DNA from: Octopus vulgaris
Lineage: Eukaryota
Length of the DNA stretch: 64,000 nucleotides
Direction: 5' to 3'
Assembly: GCA_951406725.2 (NCBI GenBank)
Contig: OX597830.1
Location: forward strand, 16,988,001 to 17,052,000
Part shown: one piece after another, positions 26,111 through 37,400 of the stretch
Numbering within the stretch: the stretch's first letter is position 1
How the letters are laid out: each line of letters opens with the position of its first letter
Made by a program: the position numbers and the translations under genes
The notes under the pieces: generated by a model
What the model was told of the DNA's origin: nothing
The model's database searches: none
Seen by the model: the letters and a program-made list of their open reading frames with translations, nothing else

Positions 26111-26854
26111 CAACTTGTTATATACTGAATATTACTGTTAATGTACTTATTACATGATTACTAAATTAGGTAAATACTGTTGAACTGCTAGTTCTATTTC
26201 TCAGTTGGCAGATATTTTACTGCACTGCTTTGAGAAAGGCATGAATCACAAATTCCTTATAAATTTGAAACTTTCTAACAAAGTGGTTTCTTTGAAATTG
26301 CTGGATACGCTAGAAATAACTACCATATAATATTTAAACTAATGCTACTATCTTTAAAAAAAAAAAAAAGAGGAAAGACAATGGATAATCTAGTCTGGAT
26401 TACACTATACTTTAAAATAATGCAGGATAGTCATGGGTTGTATAGTTTTTGATGAAGGCTGAGGGATATGGCAAAGCCAGAGGAGTGTAGCATGGCAAAT
26501 TCTGAAGGGAAGCGCTCAATTGAGCTAACCCTGCTTTTTACATTGATGCTGAGTAGAGGAATCCTAGAAGATCAAAGGTCGGGGTCATCAAGCTCTCTCA
26601 AAAGAGTAACTGCAATTAATCCATAGGGGTAGCATCCATTATTGTGTAATCAGCTAATGAAAGGTTCGCTATGGCTCAAGCTTCTAATTCAAATTCAAAA
26701 TAATGGAATTGGATGGTGATAGAGAATCATGGGGATTCATGAGAGCAGCTTGACCAAGAAGAGATTAAAGTACATTTCATGTCATATATTTTGTATTTTG
26801 TGCATATTGTTTCTATTAAGTATTAAATATTGTATCACAAGTGGATCCTGGGGA

Positions 26855-27512
26855 TCATCGTTTAACGTCTGCTTTCCATTCTGGCATGGGTTGGACGGTT
26901 TGACCGAGGACTGGCAAGCCAGGAGGCTGCACCAGGCTCCAATCTGATCTGCCATGGTTTCTACAGCTGGATGCCCTTCCTAATGCCAAGAGTGTAGTGG
27001 GTTCTTTTCACATGCTATTGGCATGGGAACCAGTCAGGTGGCACTGGCATCAGCCACGTTCAGATGGTGCTTTTTACATGCCACCAGCATAGAAGCCAGG
27101 TGGGGGCACTGGCATCGACCACATTCGCATAGTCTTTTTACATGCCACCGGCATGGGGAGCCAGTTAGGCAACACTGGCATCGACCCATGCTCGAACGGT
27201 GCATATTACATGCCACCAGCATAGGAGCCAGGTGGGGGCACTGGCATCGATCACATTCGCATAGTCTTTTTACATGCCACCGGCATGGGGAGCCAGTTAG
27301 GCGACACTGGCATCGACCCATGCTCAAATGGTGCTTATTACATGCCACCAGCATAGGAGCCAGGTGGGGGCACTGGCATCGATCACATTCGCATAGTCTT
27401 TTTACATGCCACCGGCATGGAGAGCCAGTTAGGCGACACTGGCATTGACCCATGCTCAAATGGTGCTTATTACATGCCACCAGCATGGGTGTGAATCAGG
27501 CAGCACTGGCCA
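26855..27512 (-). mobile_element. RTE 3'UTR copy with an expanded 132-bp higher-order tandem array
   Basis: ggatgcccttcctaa core; units start at 27078, 27210, 27342, 27474. Confidence 0.8.
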
Positions 27513-28189
27513 GTTTAATAATTAATTAGTTGCAATAAAGTGCATTTAAAATAACTAATTGAATAAAATTCATGTCTCTCTTTATCATTTAACAAACTGG
27601 ACTCTGTTGGTTATGACAAGGTTTCCAGCTGATCCAGTCAATGGAACAGCCTGCTTGTGAAATTAACGAACAAGTGGCTGACCACTCCACAGACACACAT
27701 ACTCTTAATGTAGGTCGTAGGGAGATTTAACATGATGCAGAATGTGACAAGGCCAGCCCTTTGAATTACAGGTACAACTCATATTTGCCAGCTGAGTGGT
27801 CTGGGGTAATGTGGAATAAAGTGTCTTGCTCAAGGACACAACATGCTACCAGGAATCAAACCCATGAACTTACAATTGTGAGCTGAGTATCCTAACCTCT
27901 AAGCCATGTAAATGTATGCTATATATGGACTATTAAAATTGTAACATAGATTTCTATTCTGTGTCCAGCTAACAAAATGATCTGTCCGTCAGTGTTTCTA
28001 GAAATACTGAAAGTATCACAGCAGCTAATTGCCTTTGATACATACATCAGGAGGATGGACAAACATAGATGAGATATACTGTCAATTATATTAGTAGATA
28101 AGAAGCAATCCAAAATGTTTTGTATTGTCAGTATTTGTTTCATCTACATTTTACTTCCTGTTTTATCTTGATATTATTTTTTTTTCCAG

Positions 28190-28271
28190 GATGACCCTGA
28201 GAGCAAGAAGTACACACATAGAAGTTTGTCTTGACACTGCAAGTAGTGATATTTGGGAAGATGATTCATAA
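28190..28271 (+). CDS. FAAP20: FAAP20-like gene, last coding exon (QMTLRARSTHIEVCLDTASSDIWEDDS*)
   Basis: Acceptor tttttttttccAG, phase 2; completes C-x2-C-x15-H-x3-C UBZ with the same spacing as human FAAP20; stop TAA 28269-28271; too short for the ORF track. Confidence 0.88.
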
Positions 28272-30695
28272 GTCACAACTAGTGAAACCATCAACTAGAT
28301 ATTCCGAACAAAGGAAGGTTTGTTCAGTAATTTTAGGCCACAGCAGCAGATAGTGAAGATAAATATCAATGACAATCACTGATTCTTTGCAGCCTCTGTT
28401 TCACCCTATCTATATACATCTGCATACATCATCTTCATCATCGTTTAACGTCCGCTTTCCATGCTAGCATGGGTTGGACGATTTTGACTGAGGGCTGGCG
28501 AACCAGATGGCTGCACCAGGCTCCAATCTTGATTTTGGCAGAGTTTCTACAGCTGGATGCCCTTCCTAACGCCAACCACTCCGAGAGTGTAGTGGGTGCT
28601 TTTTATGTGCCACCGGCACGGGGGCCAGTCAGGCGGTACTGGCAACGACCTTGCTCGCATCTTTTTACACATGCCACCAGCACAGCTGCCAGTAAGGCGA
28701 TGTTGGTAACGATCCTGCTCAAATGGTGCTCTTTTACGTGCCACCAGCATGGAAGCCAAGATGGTCCAACAATTATCTTCAGTTTGGGGGAGTTATCATC
28801 ACTATGTTAGAGGTCACCCTAAAACTGCACACTGAAACTGTTACCATTCTCTCTCTAGATTGCTCATTTCTCAAATGTAAAAGCTGAATTGAGATTATTG
28901 CTGCAATTTAACCTCATAGTTATAGATTTATGGAGCTGGTATCACTTACCTTAATTTGTTGTAGAGCCATCACTATGAAACTCCATTCCATTCCAAGCTA
29001 AGGAAATTACACTACATTGGATTACGTACTGTAATCATGGCTCAAATTCAGAGTTGTTGCAGTTATTCCCATACTTGAGACAAGCAAGCAAGACAACAGT
29101 AGATATTACCAAACTAACCACCCCTCCTAATTTATTTGGAATTGACTGTAAAATGCCATAAGCAAACAAAAAACATCACTCAGGTTGTGTGGATCAAACT
29201 TGGCCCTTCTTTTTTCCTTGCAACAACAGACTATAATGCATTGTGCTAATTCAAGACTGTCCACTGTTGATTCTAATTAAAATTTTTGACATTATTGGAA
29301 CATTCAAAACCAATAGCTCTTTGGTTGTTATTTTCTATATGTTGTAAATATCATTCATCTTAAACGATAACTTTTTTCTTCAAGGATTTTGTATCGGGGC
29401 ACTCTTTGTTTGGTAATAGATTTCTTTGGCTTTCTGACTCTGAAATGTTCCTTATAGAAAATATATAAAGTCATTGAAAAAATAATAGGTTTAAAAATTT
29501 TTTTTTTTTAAAGTTAAATGTATCAGGGGACTTAAGTATATATTTGATATTTAAGCTACCGCCAACTAGTGGGTACTGGTAGAATATCCATGGATGTTAA
29601 ATAATCATTTTTATAGATATGATTACTTGTTGCAAACTACATTCATTCACTAGTTTAACATCCATTTTTTCCATGCTGGCACAAGTTTGACTTGAATAAA
29701 ATGTTCTCCTTTTATATATCATCATTTAACGTCCACTTTCCATGAACTGGACAGCTTCACTGGAGCTGGCAAGTCAGAGAGCTGCACCAGGCCCAATCTG
29801 ATCTGGCAGTGTTTCCACAGCTGGATGCCCTTCCTAACGCCAACCACTCCATGAGTGTAGTGGGTGCTTTTTACGTGCCACCGACACAGGTGCCAGGCGA
29901 GGCTGGCAATGGCCATGTTCGGATGGTTCTTTTACATTCCACCGGCACTGGTATCACAACTACAATTTCCATTGATATCCCTCTCTCTCTTTCGGAGAGG
30001 CACAAGCACCTACACGCACATATACACACACGGCAGTAACTTCCACCTACCGAATTCAATCACAAAGCTCCGGTCATATATATATAAACTATTTACAGGT
30101 TATATATGCGTGAACAGTTAAACTTTTGTACATAACTACTCAGTAGTCAGCTAAGTTATTCATTAGTATTTCCAAGTACCATAGGTCAACTAACTAAACA
30201 ACCTGTCAGTTCTTCCATAAAATTCAGACATACTAAAAGTATCATTGCAGCTAAATGTCAAGGGCACAGACAAACAAAGAGAGAGAGAGAGATGGAGGTA
30301 CACTGATCATAATATTAACAGATGATGATGGTGATCATGATGATGATGATCTTTGATTCATTCCACATTGCACTAGTAGGTGTTTCTCCTTAGCTTTTCA
30401 ATTATCTTCCTGCACAAGCATTTCAGTTTAGTAATTATTTATAACACATTTGTTAATTGCCAAGGTGAATGTATGAGTCCCTCATATTGTAATTATTCCC
30501 CTTCGTTAGTAATGATTGGGAATGCTGACCGGTGAAATCATCATCATCATTGTCATCATTGTGGAGTTCCATCAAAGTAGAGCTGGTGACGTGTACTCTT
30601 AGAACACTGTGAATCTAAATATCTTCTTAGTTGCTCATAAAATTTCACTGGAGAACAGCTGAAAGCATCTCCATCTACTGCATTGCAGTATGGTA

Positions 30696-30734
<39 letters not shown>

Positions 30735-30962
30735 GCATTGCTGATGAAGGAGAACACAATATTTAAGACTAACCTCTCTTACTGAAATCGTTACATATAC
30801 TAGAAAACAGCCATTTACTCAAACCAGGACAACAGGTTCAAAAACTGTTTCTGCCTCGGGGGGATATCATATACCTCACTAATATTTAAGATATGATAAT
30901 GTTTGTGGTCTGTGTGTGTGTATATATATAAATATGTATGTGTGTATATATATATATATATA

Positions 30963-31346
30963 GGCGCAGGAGTGGCTGTGTGGTAAGTAGCTTGTTTACC
31001 AACCACATGGTTTCGGGTTCAGTCCCACTGCGTGGCACTTTGGGCAAGTGTCTTCTACTATAGCCTCGGGCCGACCAAAGCCTTGTGAGTGGATTTGGTA
31101 GACGGAAACTGAAAGAAGCCCGTCGTATATATGTATATATATATATGTATGTGTGTGTGTTTGTCCCCCTAGCATTGCTTGACAACTGATGCTGGTGTGT
31201 TTACGTCCCTGTCACTTAGCGGTTCAGCAAAAGAGACCGATAGAATAAGTACTGGGCTTACAAAAGAATAAGTCCCGGGGTCGAGTTGCTCGATTAAAGG
31301 CGGTGCTCCAGCATGGCCGCAGTCAAATGACTGAAACAAGTAAAGA
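30963..31346 (+). mobile_element. tRNA-derived SINE, full length (octopus OK/OR type)
   Basis: A box tggctgtgtgg, B box ggttcagtcc, central microsatellite, 3' gactgaaacaagtaaag tail; flanked by (TA)n. Confidence 0.88.
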
Positions 31347-31425
31347 AAAAAAAAAAAAATATATATATATATACACGCTCATTTGTATCGGCAAGTGTCT
31401 TCTGCTAAAGTCCCAAACCAATGGG

Positions 31426-31542
31426 AAAGCTTTGTGGGCCTTTAACAGAAGCCCATTTCTTTCAGGCTTTAGATTACTGAATTAGATTCAGTAATCTAAA
31501 GCCTGAAAGAGACGGGCTTCTGTTAGAGGCCTACGAAGCTTT
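31426..31542. repeat. Inverted repeat, ~57-bp arms, 3-nt loop
   Basis: aaagctttgtgggcc...attactgaat tag attcagtaat...ggcctacgaagcttt. Confidence 0.9.
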
Positions 31543-31934
31543 AAGTTGCATGGAAACAAATCAAACTTCTAAATAATTCATGTAACTCCTACTAAATGTA
31601 TTGAGTACCCTTTTCTTTTATTTGTCCATACATATATAATATATGTATGTGTGTGAATAAATATTAGAAAGAATAACAGAAAATGAAGAACCCATTCATT
31701 ATTACATTTTATTATATCTCTCTCTCTCACACACACGCACATTTGTATCTGCAAGTTTTGCACATTCGACAAGTGTCTTCTGGTAAAGTCCCAAACCAAT
31801 GGGAAACCTTGAAACTGGATTTCATAAATGGAAACCAAAAGACACCTATTGTGTATGTATGTTGCACGTGTGATTTTGTGTGTGTAGATATATATTCCTC
31901 TGTCTTCCCTTCTCTGGATCTTTCCTTTTCCTAT

Positions 31935-31969
31935 GTTTCCGACGAAGAGCTCTGCTCGAAACGTAAAAC
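31935..31969 (+). ncRNA. Minimal hammerhead ribozyme motif with U4C core change
   Basis: GTTT-CCGACGA-A-GAGC tct GCTC-GAAA-CG-TA-AAAC: stems I and II plus palindromic ACGT stem III (dimer type); CUGA core reads CCGA. Confidence 0.65.
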
Positions 31970-32294
31970 CCTCCTTCTTCCCTTCCTTCCTGAGCGTCCA
32001 ATAATACTATACTTGTTCCACGTCCTTGTGTTGTTGTGTTTTCTCTTTGTGTTTTCATGTTTGGATTAACTTTATATATATATGTATGTATGTATGTGTG
32101 TGTGTGTATACGGTAATCCCTTAACTATTGCAGGTGTTACATTCCAAAACTCCCCACAGTAGGTGAAAACCTGCAAAGTAGAAACAGTACTGTACTGTAT
32201 ATATGTTTGATTATTTTTGTAATTTGTATATATTTATTTTATTAGAAATGCAAAACACCACACACTCTAAGGTCCTTCAATTCTAATCCTTGTT

Positions 32295-32705
32295 TTCATA
32301 CTTCTCTAGTTCTGATAGTGACTCAGCAATTAGAGCAAGGTCGTCAGCATAGAGGAGCTCCCAGAGGCATCCTGTCTTGAATATCTCTGTTATTGCCTGG
32401 AGGACTATGATAAATAGGAGGGGGCTGAGGACTGAACCTTGGTGGACCCCTACCTCTACCCGGAATTCTTTACTGTACTCGTTGCCAACCCGCACCTTAC
32501 TGACAGCATCCCTGTACATGGCTTGCACAGCTCTCACTAACAATTCATCTATCTTTAGTTTCCTCATTGACCACCAGGATCGGGGGACCCTGTCAAAGGC
32601 TTTTTCCATGTCAATGAAAGCCAGGTACAGTGGTTTATCTTTGGCTAGGTATTTCTCCTGCAGCTGTCTTACCAGAAATACAGCATCAGTAGTGCTTTTC
32701 TCTGG
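32295..32705 (-). mobile_element. RTE-clade RT fragment
   Basis: STTDAVFLVRQLQEK...DMEKAFDRVPR...GVHQGSVLSPLLF...LLYADDL. Confidence 0.9.
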
Positions 32706-32714
32706 CACAAATCC

Positions 32715-33120
32715 ATTATCACTGAAGATTTGGGTATGAGATGCATGTCTGCCAAGTTTGTGCCAAAACTGCTTTCGGCTGACCAAAAAGACATTTGGAG
32801 TTTCAGTTGCACAAGATCTCCTTCTTTGTGTCAAGAATCATGAAAACTTTTTGAAAACTTTGCGTAGTCCTCTGAACAGGTATTGCCAAGCTTTTGGCAA
32901 AATTCTCTGCTCAACTTTCCCCTGTCATGATCAATGCGACGATCACACGCTACAAACCTTCCTTCCAAGCACTGCTGTAAACAGTGGAAGTGAGCTAGAA
33001 TGTTAAAACTCAGAGTGCCTGCACAGTAGAGTCCAAGGTTAATCTGTGCCAAGTGGCTTCACTCTGCATGCTTTGGCTTCGTTACTACGGCAATAGTCTG
33101 GATACTTATTGGTTAGATTA
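32715..33120. mobile_element. Mariner-like remnant
   Basis: Plus-strand peptide ITEDLGMRCMSAKFVPKLLSADQK resembles the WVPxxL linker of mariner transposases; extent uncertain. Confidence 0.55.
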
Positions 33121-33138
33121 CACACACATATATACATA

Positions 33139-33690
33139 CTCTTTCTCTTTTACTTGTTTCAGTCATTTGACCGTGGCCATGCTGGAGCACCGCCTTTAGT
33201 CGAGAACATCAACCCTAGGACTTATTCTTTGTAAGCCTAGTACTTCTTCTATCGGTCTCTTTTGCCGAACCGCTAAGTTATGGGGACATAAACACACCAG
33301 CATCGGTTGTCAAGAGATGTTGGGGGGACAAACACATCATCATCATTGTGGTCATGCTGGAGCACAGCCTTGAAGGATTTTAGTCAGGACAAATCAACCC
33401 CGGTACTTATCTTTTTGTTTATTTTCATAAACCTGGTACTTATACTATTGGTTTCTTTTGGCGAACTGCTAAGTTGCAGGAATATAAATACACCAATACT
33501 GGTTGCCAAGCAGTGATTGGGTTGGGGGAGGGGCACGACAAATACACACACACACATATGTCCACACAACCATCTTCTTTCAGTTTCCATCTACCAAATA
33601 AATCCACAAGGCTTCAGAAGGTACTTGCCCAAGGTGCCATGCGGTGCAACTGAACCCGGAACCATGTGATTGGGAAGCAACGCCTGCACT
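33139..33690 (-). mobile_element. Two tandem copies (one partial) of the same SINE family
   Basis: Matches 11832-12199. Confidence 0.8.
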
Positions 33691-34080
33691 AATTTCTTTT
33701 TTGGATACTCTAAGTACCCTTCATCATCTAGCATAAAGTTTTCCCCTTGGAGTTCAGTCTTGCAAACCACATGATGGCCTCACTAGTGCTGGTAGCACAA
33801 AAAAGATATCCAATACACACTGCAAAGTGGTTGGTATTAGGAAAGGCATCCATCCATAGAAACCATGTCGAAGCAGACACTGGAGCACAAGGCCCACTGG
33901 ATCCAGTCGAATTACCTGACCCATGCCATCATGAGACACGAACATTAAATTATGATAATGACAATGATTTTGTCCATGCTCAACTATTTCTGCTAAATCC
34001 ATTCAGAAAAACCAGTTTCTACATGGTCATTCAACCTGCTAGAAATCACAGCTAAATGTCTCTCAAATTACACCATATCA

Positions 34081-34449
34081 TCTATATATATATAAACGGC
34101 AAAATGTCTGTCTGTGTGTGTGTCCTTTATACAAATCCACAATTTTTCAGTTAGAGGGCTCGCACTTTCTATGGTCATTTAAAACCGTCCAAGGGTGGTC
34201 GTGCACATCTTTACATTTCCCCAGTCACCCTGCAAAGCCATAAAAAAAATCAATAGAAGTGACTTTTTTGTGAATTTTCTATCCAAAACCCAATTAAAAT
34301 GCCCGAAACTTGATACGCCAATTGAATGCCAGCTAGCTGTATATGATTGGTCAGAGATTTGGACAGTACTTGCGTGTATGTGCGCATGCACGCAGCTGTA
34401 TATGCATGCACTAGCACTATGACCCGGCGTTGCTGGGTCATAGTGCTAG
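34081..34449 (+). mobile_element. Non-autonomous Helitron
   Basis: A|TCTATATATA...CTAG|T, no TSD, terminal hairpin actagcactatgacccgg/ctgggtcatagtgctagt. Confidence 0.88.
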
Positions 34450-37400
34450 TCTTGAAAAAAGAAAGACACATTAGTTAATGCAGTCTGAGATAGATTATGC
34501 TTAAAATAATAAAAAGAGGCAAGAAACACGGTTATGCAGGAGTCAGGTTTACCCTGGGTTAAGATATTCAACAACAATGTTCTTAGACGAAAACAACACA
34601 AAAATCAGATAGCAAATTCAGAAAAATCAATTTAATTTCAGAATAAGATATTAAACAAGTGATCTTATCACTTAGGATAAAAAAGATATTTCTGAATCTT
34701 CAAAGTAAGCTTAGGAAATGTCCTAATCTGTGGTCAGTAGAGTGGAAAGATTTTGTTACTGGTTCAGACATATATATACAGGAAATTAATTTACAATTAG
34801 GTGTTGCAGTAACATTCAAATGGGGACTGGGAAATTAATAATAAATTTCAAATTCAAATTCAAATCAATGAAAAATTGTTTAAATTAATTAATAAAGTGG
34901 GGAAAAAAAAAATGAAATTAAGTGAAGCAAACTGTTAACTCCATAAATTCAGCACCAATGTATTGTTATAAAGAAACAGGGAGCAAATGAAAGAAATTTT
35001 AATATTCTTGGGAATATTAAGAACCAACATTATGTATAAAATTAGCACACACACACACATAATGACATGCATATCCACTATGTCATATACATACACACAT
35101 ATAAACACACATACATACACATGTATAAACACATACAAACACACATACATATACACATATATACACACGCAATAGACATACAATCATGTCAGTTTTACTG
35201 ATTCCTCTGTAGAACGAACAAAAAAAAAAATGATGAAGCTTAACCAATTATTGACCCTTATTGGGGTTTCATTAGGTGTTGACATCACTTGGCAGTCCCA
35301 GAGAAATGAGCAGACATTCTGTTTATATACACATCTAACCTTGTAACTTTAGAGAAGTGGCGTTACTAATTTGCATGACAAGTGTTTACCATTTTATTTA
35401 CTATCACACATGTGTGTGTGTGTATGTATGTGTGTGTATATATATGTGTGAATATGATGTAAAAAAAAAAAAAACAGTTGGGGTTGTAATTAGTTGAAGA
35501 ATTGGTTACGGCAGCATCTTTTAGAAGTTGGAAAACAAAATAAAATTAAACACTTCTCCAGTTGGATTTGTGAATGAGCAAGGGGGATTGATGCTGCCAA
35601 AGGTATGGGGCTGGAAAGAAATAAAAAGGAATTTGTCAATACACTGTGCTTAGAAGAAAGAATTTAAAATTGACAGCAAATTAAGAAAACAAAAAATTTA
35701 TAAATAAGTATTTACAATGCAAATATTTACTCTCGTTTTCTAATTTTTCAAAGCGATTCAGTAAATTTTACATAGTAATAATTTAAAAAAAAAAAAAACC
35801 AGGCATGCAAGACTTTACCAAATTTGGCTCCAGCATCATCGAGACTGGTTCTCTTGCAAGAACAAAAATATATTGATAACTTGTAAACATAAATAAATAG
35901 TGGAAATGAGATAAGTTCTCATTACATTTTTAAAAATTTAAGAGAAAACATTTCTAAGTCGGATAATAAAAGAATTTTAAATACTATTTGGCAAAAAGGT
36001 TGGGGAAGGAAAAAAAAAATGTTAGTTTCAAAAGATAAACAGTAATTTGTAATACCTAGTTTTAAAAAATGTCCACTTTTAATGCGGACATTTCTGAAGA
36101 ACTATTACTGTGTGTCTCTTGTAAACACTCACACGGCTACATCATCTCAAAGTCGGTAGCCCAGAACAGGAATGTTAAGTTTGAATTTCAAACCGAATTT
36201 TTCAAAATGTTTAAAAAGTAATATCCATGTAATTGATTAAGAAATTAAATTAAAAAAACAAACAAAAATACAAAAGAAAAACCCACAAACAAACAAAAAC
36301 TGTCATTTGAATTTCCTCCTTGTGATTGATACTCCACATCACTCGGAAATCATCAAGCTTTTGTCATACATAAAAATCACAAGGCAAGAGTCTATCCACA
36401 TAAATTTACCTCGATTTCTCCCTACCCCGTGGATAACATTTTCTGCCTGCGATTAGATTTTAAATAAGAAAATCTCCAACAAAAACCAGTTTGATCACCT
36501 CTCAGCAACACTAAAAAGAAATATGCAATCGTATCCCATTTAGAAGTTGACATATTTAGTAAGAGTTTTTTTTTTTTTTACTGATATATCAGAGGGTAAT
36601 TAGGCACTGAAGTAAAATAGTCTCAGTTTAAAATGGACAACAATTACGGAATTATTAGTTCAGAGAAAGATTTGATAAAATTTACCCAACAAGTAAGTGG
36701 CCACTAGAATTTCTATTCTTAATAGAAGCTCGACTCTTCCACTGCAGTGGCATACTAAAACTAAAAGGAATCAAAACTGTCAAACTTCAAGAATTAAATT
36801 AACTTTTACGTTTTATTTCTACCTACCCATTCCACACGCATTCACACATGCACACACACACGCGCACACCTGCAATTTCGTCAAGCAGTGCTGAAGGTAA
36901 CAGTTTAAACTAAGAAACATCAAACTGCACCAAATGGATAAATAGAAAGTTTATGTCATTAATAAACTGTGATGCGAAGAGAAAAGAATTTCTTTTTTTC
37001 TTTCCTTTTCTTTATATACAATTTTAATATTTTTTAAAAATTTCTGTGATGAGACAAAACTATAACGTCATGGAGAGGGTGGGGATCAGTTCAAGTGCCA
37101 ACAGTTATCGTTACATCAGTAAAAACAGCAGCTTAACAAAAAGTTTTATACCCTAGCCGTTGACCGAGGTTAAAAAATTCTTTAAAACCCAATATTTTGA
37201 CCAGCAAGATTACAATGTAAGAAATACCAGTATCTGTAATCCAGGCTTGATCTGTGTCAGCATGGTGAATGTGAATGTTTACGAGTGAATGCACATATGT
37301 GTGTGTCTGTGTGTCCAAAAGGAAATTTAGTAGCCAAAACAAACACAAAAAAAAAAACCCGAGCAAACAACAATACAAAGTTAATGTCTAACAAAGTGAA

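Noticed and set aside
27023-27486. Cys/His-rich repetitive ORFs resembling a metal-binding protein
   Set aside because: Open on both strands only because the 132-bp retrotransposon tandem unit is a multiple of 3
30340-30760. Short minus-strand ORFs with Asp runs between the two genes
   Set aside because: (GAT)n microsatellite effect; no recognisable domain or consistent splice chain
31498-31545. Hammerhead-like CTGAAAGA...stem...GAA in the right arm of the hairpin
   Set aside because: No stem III or NUH site; the sequence also resembles the SINE segment ctgaaagaagcccgtc
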